A stretch of DNA of 64,000 bases, taken from the NCBI RefSeq assembly GCF_009914755.1, contig NC_060937.1. One strand, written 5' to 3'. The notes under the pieces are model-generated. The model had not been told where the DNA came from. It was given only the letters and a program-made list of their open reading frames with translations, and ran no database searches. This document shows, one piece after another, positions 27,856 to 44,491 of the stretch. Numbering within the stretch: the stretch's first letter is position 1; the number at the start of each line of letters is the position of its first letter. Both the position numbers and the translations under genes were made by a program. Source of the DNA: the human T2T-CHM13v2.0 reference genome, Homo sapiens.

Positions 27856-28393
27856 AAGTGCACACACAGGGTTGTCCAGGAGGAGGGGAGGGGTGCTAGG
27901 AAGCGCGGTCACAGGGGTGCCCAGGGAGGGCCTGGTGGCTCCGGCCGCCTTGTGGTCCGCCTGGCTCCAGGGCCTCCTCTCCTGTTTCCTGTGACGATAC
28001 TCCTGGTGCCACCTCGTTTAAATTATTTCTTGTTTAAATCATTTCTTTTATTTGTTAGGTTTTGCTTCTCTGCAAAACCTGTCCGTGGAAAACATAAGAG
28101 ATGATGTTCTATGGGGGAGGAAAGAGGCTGAGAAGAAACACCTTACTGCAAATCTTTCATGAGTCTGATGAACTTGGGGCCTGCGGAGCTGCATCCCACC
28201 TCGGCCTCGGCCTGGCCCCTTCCTGAGACGGTCTGGGCTGTTTCCTAGCACCTGCGGCCCGCGCTGGAAAGCAGGCGGACAGGAGACGCACGTGGACAGC
28301 ACTTTCTCCCTGTTAGCAGTTGGGGTTCAGGGTCCCTGAGCTGCTAACGCCGCCAGCCACCATGGCCTTCGGGTGTCCTCTGCAGGGACGTAG

Positions 28394-28804
<411 letters not shown>

Positions 28805-29170
28805 TGACGGCTTCGTGGACGGTGGAGGTGTCATCGGGCACCAGGAGTCACAGGAGTGAGTGCAGGGGTCTGCGGTGCAGAACCAGCTGGGAACGGCGAG
28901 TCTGTTACGCCCAGTCCCCACCTTCCTTCTGCCTGAATGAGGCGTCACACAGGGATTCTTCTCAGAAATAAACACGAGGGTTTAGGCTCCCGACAGCGGC
29001 AGGTCAGGCAAGTGCGAGACACGTGCCAGGGCCCTGAGAGAGTGCGTGGGGGGCGGGGCGAGAGCCGAGGTGGGAGGATCTCGGTGGGCAACACTCACGC
29101 TCAGCTGTGGCACGGCCGGCCCTCTTCCCTACACCCTGCGCCCTCCACCGTCAGCCAGGGAGCCACTGTC

Positions 29171-31049
<1,879 letters not shown>

Positions 31050-31124
31050 TGAGTTTGTGTATATAGGTGTGTCTGTGTGCACATGGGCGTCTGTGTGGTT
31101 GTGCATTTGTGTGCATGTGAGTGT

Positions 31125-31548
31125 TGTGAACCCTGATATCTGAGGCAGGTACCAGTTAATTTAGAAAGTTTATTTTGCTGAGGTTGAGGACGCGAGTCCG
31201 TGGCAGCCTCAGGAGGTCCTGATGACAGGTGGTCGCCGCACAGTTTGGTTTTACACATTTTAGGGAGCCATGAGACATCAATCAGCATATGTAAGATGAA
31301 CACTGGTTCGGTCTGGAAAGGCGGGAGGGGGCTTCCAGGTCATAGGAAGATGAGAGACAAATGGTTACATTCTTTTGAGTTTCTGATGAGTCTCTCCAGA
31401 GGAGGCAATCAGATAAGCATTTATCTCAGTGAACAGAGGGCTCACTGAGAGGACTTTGAATACAATGGGAGGCAGGTTTGCCATAAGCAGTTCCCAGCTT
31501 GACTCTTTCCTTTAGTGATTTTGGGTCTCAAGATATTTTCCTTTTACA
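31125..31548 (-). mobile_element. Solo LTR, MER4A-like (ERV1)
   Basis: TG...CA termini. The minus strand starts tgtaaaaggaaaatatcttgagacccaaaatcactaaaggaaagagtcaagctgggaactg. 4-bp TSD gtgt at 31121-31124 and 31549-31552. Confidence 0.85.
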
Positions 31549-31840
31549 GTGTGCCTGTGTGCATGCCTGTGTCTCTGTGCACACACGTGTGTCTGTGTGC
31601 CTGCATGTGTGCCTGTGTGCCCATGCCTGTGTCTCTGTGCACACGTGTCTGTGTGCCTGTGTGTGCATGCCCGTGTCTGTGCACACACGTGTCCGTGTAC
31701 CTGTATGTGCATGCCTGCATCTTTGTGCACACATGTGTATCCGTGTGCCTGTGTCTGTGTGCATGTGTTCCTGTGTATGCATGCCCGGGTCTCTGTGCAC
31801 ACGTGTGTCCGTGTGCCTGTATGTGAGTGCACATGCACGG
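31549..31840. repeat. TG/CA-rich low-complexity tract
   Basis: tgtgtgcatgcctgtgtc variants, continuous with the tract at 31010-31124 on the other side of the LTR. Confidence 0.9.
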
Positions 31841-33062
31841 TGCATCCTACTGCCTCCCCCATCCCGTGTCACTCATCTCCTCTCACCTCCCCCCAGGCAG
31901 GGAGGCTCGCAGCACCTGTGGAGGAGAGGAGACCCCCACAGTCAAGCAGAGCGGGGTCCGTGTTCTGGGCCCAGCACCTGCTGGCGTGTGGCCTGTGTGC
32001 TTTACTTAACCTCCGAGCCTCCTGCTAGCACTCGGTGCACAGGCTTGCTGAGGAGACCTCACACGCCACGTGCCCGGCGCCTGTGTACAGCAGCCACACC
32101 GTGAATTTGAGTTCTTCCTCTCTCCTCCGCAGTCTTGAGGGTCCGCGTGTCGGGCTCACTTCTGCTGGGATTTCCAGAGAATGTCGCTTCCCCGTGGTTG
32201 TTTTGGCTGTGGGGAGGCAGTGCTGTCGCCTGATGGGGTTTGTGTGCGGTGGTGTTTTGGGTCCTCCCATGCTGGTGTTTAGGCACTGGGCGTATTTGTG
32301 CCGTGGCCACGGGGGGGACATCCTCGCTCCAGCTGGACTTAGGGGAAGGTGCATCTCGGGGTGGGGGCTAAGGACTGTTTCCCCAAAGTTCTGACGAAGG
32401 GCAGTTCTGTGCCCACACCCCTCATGGCTGGGTTGCCATCTGGATGTGGGATTCCGTAGCCACTGAGTGCTCAGGGCCAGTGGTCGAAGGTCTCAAAACT
32501 TTCTGGAAGGCAGCTCATCCTGGGGGATCCCATGGCTCAAGGAAGCCTCGGGTGGCACCTGCTTTTCGTGAGATGATCCAAGCCTCTTTCTGGGTGGGTA
32601 GAAACGGTTGGCGCTGCGGCCCTCGAGTCTTTGGGACCCTTGCCAAGCCTGGGTGTGAGCGCGTGGGTGGAAGCCCCCTCACGCATTTCGGGGAGATCCA
32701 GGTGGACTCCGAGGCCAGGACTGGAAGAGTTAACCTCACGGATGGAAAGGGCCCAGCTTCCAGGCCGAGGGTGAGGGCCCGACTGGCCGCCAGGGGGCCC
32801 CAAGCCTTCGCCGGCGCCCGTTCCTCGGAGCCCCAGGTGCTCACAGCAGGGCTGGGCTCAGGCTGTGACCCCTGCACAGTGACCTGGAGATGCTGCCGTC
32901 AGGGTGCAGGCTGGGAGGCCGGTGTCAGTTCAGCAAAGCCGCAGGGTCCGCATCCTTCTTCCTGGCACCCTCGCGCCCTCCCACGCGCCCCCCACGCAGC
33001 GAGAGACACCACAGCCATAAGAAGCCTGTCGGGGGACTCCCCCTTGCCAGTGCGGTGCGGAC

Positions 33063-33816
33063 CCAGGGGCGTGCACAGGGCGGGGCCGGTCATGCGCGGT
33101 CCTAGTTTGAGGTCAGGGGCGGGATCCAGGGGCGTGCACAGGGCGGGGCCGGTCATGCGCGGTCCTAGTTTGAGTTCAGGGGCGGGATCCAGGGGCGTGC
33201 ACAGGGCGGGGCCGGTCATGCGCGGCCCTAGTTTGAGGTCAGGGGCGGGATCCAGGGGCGTGCACAGGGCGGGGCCGGTCATGCGCGGTCCTAGTTTGAG
33301 TTCAGGGGCGGGATCCAGGGGCGTGCACAGGGCGGGGCCGGTCATGCGCGGTCCTAGTTTGAGGTCAGGGGCGGGATCCAGGGGCGTGCACAGGGCGGGG
33401 CCGGTTATGCGCGGTCCTAGTTTGAGGTCAGGGGCGGGATCCAGGGGCGTGCACAGGGCGGGGCCGGTCATGCGCGGTCGTAGTTTGAGGTCAGGGGCGG
33501 GATCCAGGGGCGTGCACAGGGCGGGGCCGGTCATGCGCGGCCGTAGTTTGAGGTCAGGGGCGGGATCCAGGGGCGTGCACAGGGCGGGGCCGGTCATGCG
33601 CGGCCCTAGTTTGAGGTCAGGGGCGGGATCCAGGGGCGTGCACAGGGCGGGGCCGGTCATGCGCGGTCCTAGTTTGAGGTCAGGGGCGGGATCCAGGGGC
33701 GTGCACAGGGCGGGGCCGGTCATGCGCGGCCCTAGTTTGAGGTCAGGGGCGGGATCCAGGGGCGTGCACAGGGCGGGGCCGGTCATGCGCGGTCCTAGTT
33801 TGAGTTCAGGGGCGGG
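33063..33816. repeat. 63-bp CpG-rich VNTR, about 12 copies, GRK1 intron 4
   Basis: Unit ggatccaggggcgtgcacagggcggggccggtcatgcgcggtcctagtttgaggtcaggggcg. ggatcc at 33122, 33185 and onward. Confidence 0.97.
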
Positions 33817-34629
33817 AGAATTTGTGAACAGAGCAGGTAGAGCTGTCTCCCTCACGCTTTCTGTCAATATTTACTGGCCGCTGCGTGGCTGCAGGTCCCT
33901 CAGGAGGCCTGGGGCACAAACAGGTGCGCCGTCCGGGCTGCATCATGGGGGTCAGGCCAGGAGGGCTGGGGGCTCCTTGGCCCAGGAACTGACAGGAGCC
34001 TGCGGTCTGGTGGGCCTTGCTCGTGCCCGGCCTGGGAGCTGAGAAGGCTCTGGGTGGGTCTAGAGGCTGTGATCGTGTGAGCAGTTCCTCCCCGGAGTCT
34101 GGGCAGAATTCTGACGTCCGTGTAATCCTGGACCAGTAGGGCATATTCAGGGCCTGTGGTTCTGTGAGGCAGGGTTCCTGCAACTCTTTTGGGGAAAAAG
34201 GATTCTGTGGCCACATCAGCCTGGCCCTCAGGCACGGTGAAGGACCAGGAAGGACCTTGACTCAGAAGTGTCAAAACTGACCAGCCCCAGCAGCCCCCAT
34301 GCCCCAGCCTGCGGCCTCTCTGCCTGGTCCCAGGACATCCGTCATGGGTCTCCCAACGGGCCTGTCCGCCACTGTGTGCCGGGTTGGCCTCACTTGGGTA
34401 GCAGCTGGCAAGTTGACATAACTCACACAGGCCCCATGTGCCACACAGAGCTGGCTCGGGGGCCAGGCAGGTGTCTGAACTTCTCCTGGAGTCTGACTCA
34501 CCAGAGCAGACGTCTGCCAAGGACCCTGCTTGGTCAGCATGCAGCCATCTGGAGGGAGGGCCCAGAGCTCATGGCTGCCGCCACTGGAGACAAGAGGGCG
34601 GAGCACTCAGGGAGGCAGCCCACGGTCTA

Positions 34630-34805
34630 TGGACTGGGTTGTGGGTTGTGGACTGTGGGCTGTAGGGTGTGGACTGTGGGCTTTGAGGTGTGGCCTGTGG
34701 TCTGTGATCTGTGGCCTGTAGGCTGTGGCCTGTGGACCGTGGGCTGTGGACAGCAGCCTGTGGACTGTGGGCTGTGGACTGTGGGGTGTGGGCTGTGGCC
34801 TTGGA
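34630..34805. repeat. 7-bp tgtgg(a/g/c)c tandem repeat
   Basis: tgtggac / tgtgggc / tgtggcc repeated. Confidence 0.85.
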
Positions 34806-34825
34806 CAAGTTGCTGCACATCCCCA

Positions 34826-35820
34826 TCATGAGTACCCATGGCAATGAGGAGTACCCATGGCGATGAGGACCCATGGCAATGAGGAGTACCCATGGCAATG
34901 AGGAGTACCCATGGCGATGAGGACCCATGGCGATGAGGAGTACCCATGGCGATGAGGACCCATGGCGATGAGGAGTACCCATGGCGATGAGGACCCATGG
35001 CGATGAGGAGTACCCATGGCGATGAGGAGTACCCATGGCGATGAGGACCCATGGCGATGAGGAGTACCCATGGCGATGAGGAGTACCCATGGCGATGAGG
35101 ACCCATGGCGATGAGGAGTACCCATGGCGATGAGGAGTACCCATGGCGATGAGGAGTACCCATGGCGATGAGTACCCATTGCGATGAGGAGTACCCATGG
35201 CAATGAGGAGTACCCATGGCGATGAGGAGTACCCATGGCGATGAGGAGTACCCATGGTGATGAGGACCCATGGCGATGAGGAGTACCCATGGCGATGAGT
35301 ACCCATGGCGATGAGGAGTACCCATGGCGATGAGGAGTACCCATGGCGATGAGGAGTACCCATGGCGATGAGGACCCATGGCAATGAGGAGTACCCATGG
35401 CAATGAGGAGTACCCATGGCGATGAGGAGTACCCATGGCGATGAGGAGTACCCATGGCGATGAGGAATACCCATGGCGAGGAGTACCCATGGCGATGAGG
35501 AGTACCCATGGCGATGAGGAGTACCCATGGCGAGGAGTACCCATGGCGATGAGGAGTACCCATGGCGATGAGGAGTACCCATGGCGATGAGGAGTACCCA
35601 TGGCGATGAGGAATACCCATGGCAAGGAGTACCCATGGTGATGAGGAGTACCCATGGCGATGAGGAGTACCCATGGCGAGGAGTACCCATGGCGATGAGG
35701 AGTACCCATGGTGATGAGGAGTACCCATGGCGATGAGGAGTACCCATGGCGAGGAGTACCCATGGTGATGAGGAGTACCCATGGCGATGAGGAGTACCCA
35801 TGGTGATGAGTACCCATGGC
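34826..35820. repeat. 19-bp VNTR (with 16-bp variants), about 50 copies
   Basis: Unit cccatggcgatgaggagta. Confidence 0.97.
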
Positions 35821-37019
35821 CAGCTCATGGCGTATAGTGGACTGCTGTGCCTGGCACTCAGGGCAGGCTGGAGCAAGTGCTGTGCTCATCACCATGGCAG
35901 CATTGCAGCGGGGCCCGGAGGGTCTGTGGCCATCACTCAGAGACGCCCCGGCTCCGTGGAACAGGCACAGGGCTGGACCACGGAAGTGCCTGAGCCGAGA
36001 CAGGTGGGATCTGCGGTTTCCACCCTGGAGGGGAAGCTTGCTCACAAGGAGAGGGAAGCCTCAGTGTGTGGCTGTGGCCTCGAACCTCATCCCTATGAAG
36101 AAGGAGGGATGCCCTGGAGAGGGCGGAAGGGCCGGGGAGGGCACAGCCCGGCTGGTGGGGTCTGCAGGGAACCACAAAAGGTGGACAAGGCCCGGCAGGT
36201 GGGCAAGCCTTAGCCAGAGGTGGGAGGAGAGGAGAGGACCCCATGCCAGCCTGAGCAGCGTGGGGGTGCCCGGAGGCTGCAGCCCACACTGGATTCCATC
36301 TTCTCTGTGAGGAGCAGTTGGGAAGGGCTCGAGAGGTGCTTGGCTGCCTCAGAGTCAGGCCGCGGTGAAGGGAGGCGCCTTTTAGGGTGCTGAGGACTCG
36401 AGCTGAGACTGTGGGACGAGGCAGAGAACTCAGCTTCAGCAAACTAGACATATGTGAGCCTGGTGTGGCTTCCAGGCACGAACCTAGAGTAGGGGTGTTT
36501 GTGAGTGTGAAAGCACTGAGCCTAGAGATCTGCCTTGACGTTAGCAAGACACCAACAGATGTGCGAGCGAGGCTCCAGGCTCCATCGCTCCCTGATCCGC
36601 TGGCGGAGCCAGAACACAGAGCGTGGAGTGGAAAGTGTGTTTTGAATTTAGTAAAGTGTTGGGAAGCAGCCACTCAGATACTCTCGTGGACAGAGCTGAT
36701 GGCTGGACACACATGTGATCTGCTTTCCCTCCTGAAGTCCCGGGACAGGGGCAGTGAAGGGATCTCGCTAAAAGTACAAACCCACGTGCTCAAAGGAGGG
36801 TGTGAGCGGCAGCGTCATGGCAGCTGGAAGACTGATGATGGGTGAGGGGAGCCGGCAGCTGACACAAGGAAGCAGAATGCTAAGCTGCTGCCAGAGCCCT
36901 GAAGCTGCACAGAACTGTCAGTGCCCAGTGCCTGGTGTCCGTGCAAAGGTGACCTTGGCAGATGAATGACTGCATGAGAGCAGCTGCACACAGAGCTGTC
37001 CCTCCGCCCTCTGTCCTGT

Positions 37020-37925
37020 GACGGTCCCCACAGCTGTGCCCAGACCCGTCCCTCCATCTGAGACAGTCCCTGCGGCTGTGCCCAGACCCACCCCTCCATC
37101 CCGAGACAGTTGCCACGGCTGAGCCCAGACCCGTCCTTCCATCCCGAGACAGTCCCCATGGATGCGCCCAGACCCGTCCCTCCATCCGGAGACAGTCCCC
37201 GCGGCTGCACCCAGACCCATCCCTCCATCCCAAGACAGTCCCCGCGGCTGCGCCCAAACCCGCCCCTCCATCTGGAGACAGTCCCCACGGCTGAGCCCAG
37301 ACCCGTCCCTTCATCCTGACACAGTCCCCGTGGCTGCACCCAGACCCGTCCCTCCATCCCGACACAGTCCCCCAGTCCCCGTGGCTGAGCCCAGACCCGC
37401 CCCTCCATCCCGACGCAGTCCCCCAGTCCCCGCGGCTGCACCCAGACCCGTCCCTCCATCCCGACGCAGTCCCCCAGTCCCCGCGGCTGCACCCAGACCC
37501 GTCCCTCCATCCCGACACAGTCCCCCAGTCCCCGTGGCTGAGCCCAGACCCGCCCCTCCATCCCGACACAGTCCCCCAGTCCCTGCGGCTGCACCCAGAC
37601 CCGTCCCTCCATCCCGACAGTCCCCCAGTCCCCGCAGCTGAGCCCAGACCCGCCCCTCCATCCCGAGACAGTCCCCGCGGCTGAGCCCAGACCTGCCCCT
37701 CTATCCTGACACAGTCTCTGCAGCTGAGACCAGACCCATCATCCCATCCTGAGGCAGTCTCCGCGGCTGCACCCAGAGCCGTCCCTCCATCCCGAGACAG
37801 TCCCCGGGGCTGAGCCCAGAGCCATCCCCCCATCCCGTGACAGCCTCTGCGGCTGCGCCCAGAGCCCTCCCTCCATCCTGAGTCCCCGTGGCTGCGCCCA
37901 GAGCCGTCCCTCCATCCTGCCACAG
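37020..37925. repeat. ~43-51 bp C-rich VNTR
   Basis: Unit cagtccccgcggctgcacccagacccgtccctccatcccga, with cagtccc duplicated in the central copies. Confidence 0.95.
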
Positions 37926-38261
37926 TCCTGTGGTTAAGGGCCTTCTTGGCAGAAGACTGGGACCGGACCACCTCTCTGGAGAGGACACAGCCATAGCACT
38001 CCTGGGTCACCGGACAACTGGAGAACAGGCCGACAGCTGAGGAAAAGGAGAGTGACCGTTGGTTGAGGCTCCCCAGGCCTCCTCTCCAACGTGGTTCCCA
38101 GAATGTGGAAGACCCGCCTTGGCATGATCTGACCAGCTCAAGAGGAAAATTCAAAAGAGAATGATGTTGGATTCTCCCCAGTAAAAGAGTCCAGGAAGGC
38201 TGCCTCAGTGCAGCTACAGTCAACAAGTCCCGCCCTGTGCCCAGCACTAGAGTGGGCATGG

Positions 38262-38415
38262 GGCATTTTTGGTTGTCATTTTTGGTTGTCACAGCCTGGG
38301 GGTGCTGCTGTCACCCCACAGGCAGAGTCTGGGGTGCTGCTTGGCACCCAGTAACACACAGGGCAGCCCCTCCACAAAGGATTTTCTGGCCCCAAATGTG
38401 GAGAGTGCTGAGGCC
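38262..38415 (+). mobile_element. MER20-like hAT relic
   Basis: catttttggttgtcacagcctggggg.tgctgct...ggcagcccc.ccacaaagga.t.tctggccccaaatgt..agtgctgagg matches the recalled MER20 consensus. Confidence 0.75.
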
Positions 38416-38483
38416 CCGGGGGGGATGCATCCCCAGAGCATCAGTCCTGCGATTCCTGGAGTGCGTGCCCACCATGGAGGTGA

Positions 38484-38843
<360 letters not shown>

Positions 38844-40092
38844 TGAGGCCTGCAGGTGGAGGGGCTGAGGGATTCCCAGTCACCCTGTGCCCCAGAGCAA
38901 GCAGACCCTCCCACCAGACAGCACGCCACCACTCAGCCTCTGAGGGCCCTGTGGGGGCCGGTCCCTCTGGTGCAGACCGGAGGAGGGAGGGCGACTTATC
39001 CCACTGTTGCCCCAGACCCTGGGCAGTGGGACAAACCACCTTTTGTGGTTTGGGGTGGAGCTTCATCCCCTGGGGACTGGCGAGGCTGAGGCTGGGGCTC
39101 TGGGGGACACGGAGTCGGCTCCCCCTCCCTGGACGGTCTTATCCATCGCTGTTGCAGAAGAGCAAGCTCCCCTTCTTCCCAGACACCAAGAACCCACAGC
39201 CCATGGTGGGCCCAGCAGCTGCTCTGAATGTCCCGGAGTGTGGACACCTAGTGGGGCTGCTGGGTCTCCCCTGAGTGCCCCCTGGGCTGCCCCGGATCCT
39301 AGGCCACCAGAACTGCAAATAGGGATAACATTGGGAGGTGCCAGTCCCTTATTCAAGACAAGTGGAGAAAAGCTGGCTTTTTCCCTGTGAGGCTGACTCA
39401 GAGCTCAGGGCTGGGGCTGCCTCTCGTTGGACGGAGGGGGTGGCCGCACGGAGCCAGAAGGCCACCGTCTCAGAGTTGCATCAGGCTGCCTTGAGGTGCG
39501 GCTCTTCCCTGGCCACCCATCGCCCCCTCAATGCCACCTGGGCGATGCCCACCCCTCTCCCTTCTGACTTCCCTGGACATGTGACCTGTCCTGCCAGGAC
39601 AGGTTTCAGAGCAGAGTCGTCCCAGGACCACTAGCACGCCCGTGGTCACTCTGTGTCTGTGGGACGTGGCACAGGCGTGGGCTGCCAGGGCAACCCGTGG
39701 GAGTAGCGTCAATGGCCTGATCCGGGGGCCTTGGGGACTGAGCAGCACCCTTCACACTGTACCCACTGGTGGGGCCTCTGATGGGGAAGTGAGACCTTGG
39801 CAGCACTCCTGAAGACAACAGAGCCACCGAGGCTTCCGTCCACCGTGGTGGAGTGAAAACGGAGGCTGCTTCTCAGCTGGGCCCGCGCTGGCCTTCAGTT
39901 TCCTATCTTTCCTTCCTTGGTGGGTGCGGCTGTGCTGGGGGTGGGTCAGCCAGAGTCCCCAAAATGCACGGCACCCACCTGTGGCTCCTGGGAGCTTCGC
40001 CTTTAGGATTCCATTCCTGAGACTGGAGCCTCAAACGCTGCTGTGCTGGGGAGGGGCACAAGGCCTCATGGGTCCCCCACCCGCGTGGGTGA

Positions 40093-40755
<663 letters not shown>

Positions 40756-40780
40756 TGACAAGTGGATGCGGAAGATACTA

Positions 40781-41380
40781 TGTGCGCGCGTGTGTGTATG
40801 TGTGTGCACGTGTGTGTGCATGTGTGCGCGTGTGTGCATGCGTGTGCGCGCACGTGTGTCCATGTATGTGTATGTGTGTGCATACGTGTGTGTGCACGTG
40901 TGCGCATGTGTATGTGTGTGCATACGTGTGTGCTCATGTATGTGTGCATACGTGTGTGTGCGTGTGTGTGCACGTGTGTGCATGTATGTGTGCATACATG
41001 TGTGCGTGTGTGCGCACGTGTGTGTGCGCGCGTGTGTATGTGTGCATACATGTGTGTGCGTGTGTATGTGTGTGCATACGTGTGTGCATGTGTGTATGTG
41101 TATCTGTGTGCATACGTGTGTGCGTGTGTGTGCACGTGCGTGTGCATGTGTATGTGTGCATACGTGTGTGCGTGTGTGCATACGTGTGTGCGTGTGTGTA
41201 TGTGTGCATACAGTGTGCGTGTGTGCATACGTGTGTGCGTGTGTGTGCATACGTGTGTGTGCGTGTGTGCGCATGTGTGTGCATACATGTGTGTGCGTGT
41301 GCGTGCATGTGTGTGCGTGCGTGTGCGTATGTGTGTGTGCATACGTGTGTGTGCATGTGTGTGCGTGTATGTGTGTGTGT
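40781..41380. repeat. ~600-bp alternating purine-pyrimidine tract, GRK1 intron 6
   Basis: TG/CG/CA/TA dinucleotides with very few interruptions. Confidence 0.95.
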
Positions 41381-42047
41381 TCATGCACTTTTGCATCTGA
41401 GACACAGCCATACCCTCTAGGACCCTGTGGTCAGGTGGAAGGGTCAGGCCACGTGCAGTGTGACTAACTTAGGACAGGGCCACAGGTGACCAGGGAGCAG
41501 AAGACCCCCCAAACGAGAAGTCGCTTTCGTATGTTAGGGTCACAGCAGTGACTGCCAGACAGGTGCCCTGGGCAGGCCCAGCGAGGCAAGGATGGCTGTG
41601 GTCAGGGAACCCAAGGGGGCTCCAAGGGGTCACAGGATGAGGAGGGGACCCCGCCCGCCCTGTAAGGAAGTCTGAGCCACAGAAGGGTTTGAGCCCAGAA
41701 GTGTTGAGGTCAAAGTGAGGCTGAGGAGGAACCACACGGCGGCTGTGCAGTGTCTGCTGGCACTGGGAGGTGGTCCTGAGGCCGTCACAGAGGCCGTCTG
41801 GGGGCCAGCATGGGCCAGCCGGGTCAGGGTCGGTGCACCGAGAGGAGAGTGATGTCTGTGACCGGCTGTGCCTGGCCATCGGGGGCCGGTGCGTCAGGGA
41901 GGGACGCTGGTTGGAAGGAAGCTGCCAAGTTCACTGGAGCGTGTGCTTGAGTGCCTGGGGTCTGGGGTCTGCAGAGTGCGCAGGGGAGGCCCTGGTGGGG
42001 ATGGGGCCCCAGGGGAAGGCGTGTTCGGGGAGGAGACCGCTTCATGA

Positions 42048-42656
<609 letters not shown>

Positions 42657-44491
42657 GTGACGCCCCAGAGTCCACGTGGAGGAAAAGGACCCATACGGCT
42701 CGATGGGGGCCGCCTGCCTCCGTGGTGCCAGCCTGGGGTCTGCTAGCAAGGGGACACGTGGTTCCCTCCACCCAGGTCCCCATCACGCCATCTCCTTGCG
42801 GCCCAAGGAGGAGAAAGCCCACATCGGCCTGAGCCGCCAGACGCACATGCTGGTGCCGTGAGCCCCCGACTGCATATTTCACGTCTTTTGCTCCATCTCA
42901 CTGAGAAGACATAAGATGCTCTCCAGAGGGAGTAAGCCAAAAATCTACAAACTCTTAGGGAGCCTCCTGCATTGGTGATTGACCAACCGTGTGGTCAGGG
43001 GCAGAGACTCGGTTTTGGCCTCCCAAGACCTTAGCCATTGGCTTCCCAGAGCCACGCTCCTCAGCGGGAGGTGCACGGTGGCCAGGTCAGGGGTCAGTGA
43101 ACCCTGGCCGCAGCCCCTGGCCCCACTGGGGAGGGCTGGACCTCGCCCCCCCCAGGTCCCTCTGTGCAGGCTCCTGACTTCCAGGGTGCCCGGGCCCTGT
43201 GCTGGTGGCCTGCACGCCACATGGTCCCCTGCACCCTGCGGCGCCGTGGTCCTCTGCACACTGGGGCACCATGGTCCCCTGCACTCCGGGGTGCCATGGT
43301 CCACATCTGCCAGGCGCAGGCTCTGTTGGGCTGTTGGGAGGAGGGGAGCGGGTGTGGAGTCTGGGGGTCTCAGTGCATCTTGGGGTCTCCTTATCTCAGG
43401 GTGTCCAGCTGACGGCAGCTGGTGCAAAGTTCCCACCCCTGAGCTGGGGAGCTGAAAATGTTTTCTGTCTTGACCCTGAGTCCCGGAAGCACCTCAGCTG
43501 CTCTTGGCGGGCAAAGCCAGGACCGTTTGCTCTCTGACCCTCCTCCCCACTGGGGCTGGTCCGTCTCATCTCCCAGGGGACACTTCAGGCCACGGGCCTT
43601 GTGCATAGGGACAGAGCTCCTTGCTGCAACCCCTCTCTGTGTTCCCAGTAGCAGCAGCACTGGAGTCCTAAAGCCATAGCCCGGGAAGACACTCACAGCC
43701 CACCTTCTCATACAGCTCGGCCCCACCCACAATGCACCTGGCATTTCCAACTGCACTTTGAACACTGAAGGTTCCCCAAATGCTTTGTGTGTTTTAACTG
43801 CAGGAAGTTAGTTCTGTTGCAACTGCCTCCAGGACACACTCCCTCTTGAGGGCCGGCGGTGCTGGCCTGGGTTCCATGGCCTCAGCAGCCGGCTCAGAGG
43901 GAGTGCATCCAAGCCGCAGGGAAGCAGTGGTGATGGGCGGCCTGAGGACTCCTTTCCAGAGAGGGCCTCTGAGCTCCTTTTAGGAAAGAACTTCCTTTGA
44001 GCCCCGGCCACTGTTGTACCAGTGGGAGAAGAAGCCTGACCCTGCCACATGTGGTCACGGGGAGAGAAGATGGTAGGACGTCCCCGTGAGCCTTGGGGCA
44101 GAGCTGGTGGTAGAAAGAAGCCCTGTCTACTCTAATTTGGTGAGAGGGGCCGCGGCAAGTGGCTGATGATGTGACTGATGGAGACAGGGTGGCTTGGGAA
44201 GGTCCCACTTGGGGGTGTCACGTCCTGCAGGGAGTGGAAGAGATGGATCCTCCGTAGCCTGGACTGGTGGGTCTCGGCCTCTCTCCCAGAAATGGCAGAG
44301 ACAGCTGCCTGAGAGTCAGTGCTGCAGTGGGCAGGGCCTATGCCCTCACAGTCCTCAGGCTGCCAGGTCGTCCTCTTCCTGTTGGGGAGAAGAGGACCCT
44401 GGCAATCCACAATTTTGGAGATTTGCTGGCTGCAGCCAAAATGGGGACCCAACTCCCTCCTATGTGGTTTTAGAGCTTCTGGAGGGAAGAT

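Noticed and set aside
34569-36045. Three overlapping minus-strand ORFs of 318-472 aa
   Set aside because: The 19-bp unit has no stop on that strand, so all frames are open and cycle through the same peptide.
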